A stretch of DNA of 64,000 nt from positions 17,422,001-17,486,000 of the forward strand of contig JBHGNT010000005.1 in the NCBI GenBank assembly GCA_043228905.1, written 5' to 3'. Both the position numbers and the translations under genes were made by a program. The notes under the pieces were generated by a model, which did not search any database, was not told where the DNA came from, and saw nothing but the letters and a program-made list of their open reading frames with translations. The stretch comes from Azolla caroliniana (Eukaryota; Plantae; Polypodiophyta). Positions 63,968 through 64,000 of this stretch are shown piece by piece (the first letter of the stretch is position 1; the number at the start of each line of letters is the position of its first letter).

Positions 63968-64000
63968 TGTTGTCCTCTGTTTTACGCTTCCACAAACACT
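63609..64000 (+). mobile_element. Copia LTR inserted into the gag of the preceding element and running off the window
   Basis: TGTTGAGCGGCAAGCTCAACC start; GAGCATTGAAGTAC...GTACTTCTGTCAGTCC...TGTATAAA blocks are shared with the 40505 and 59376 LTRs. Confidence 0.8.

Overview
Land-plant nuclear DNA; a fern or other non-seed vascular plant is my inference from the Copia gag families, microsatellite load and gene structure. Three intact spliced host genes sit in a dense nest of transposons: SWC2/YL1 (8186-12491, +, 11 exons), a GPI-anchored GH17+X8 beta-1,3-glucanase (33616-35986, +, 4 exons) and profilin (54170-56524, -, 3 exons). The transposons include a structurally complete Ty1/Copia element (16025-21553, TSD CCTAC), several broken Copia and Ty3/Gypsy copies and solo LTRs, two L1 remnants, three hAT MITEs, two other MITEs and a Ulp1-carrying DNA-transposon relic. 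The most notable item is a 5'-truncated Penelope-like retroelement (42135-43057) inside a Copia gag. It has no C-terminal GIY-YIG and carries a minimal type-I hammerhead ribozyme (42836-42888). Other unusual structures: a 4.5-kb fold-back Gypsy dimer with a near-perfect TSD and an 84-bp PPT/LTR-start array; a Gypsy LTR family found three times directly after ACGT; duplicated PPTs in three Copia 3' ends; and paired compensatory changes in a MITE hairpin. All calls were made by eye, with no database searches, so relic boundaries are approximate.
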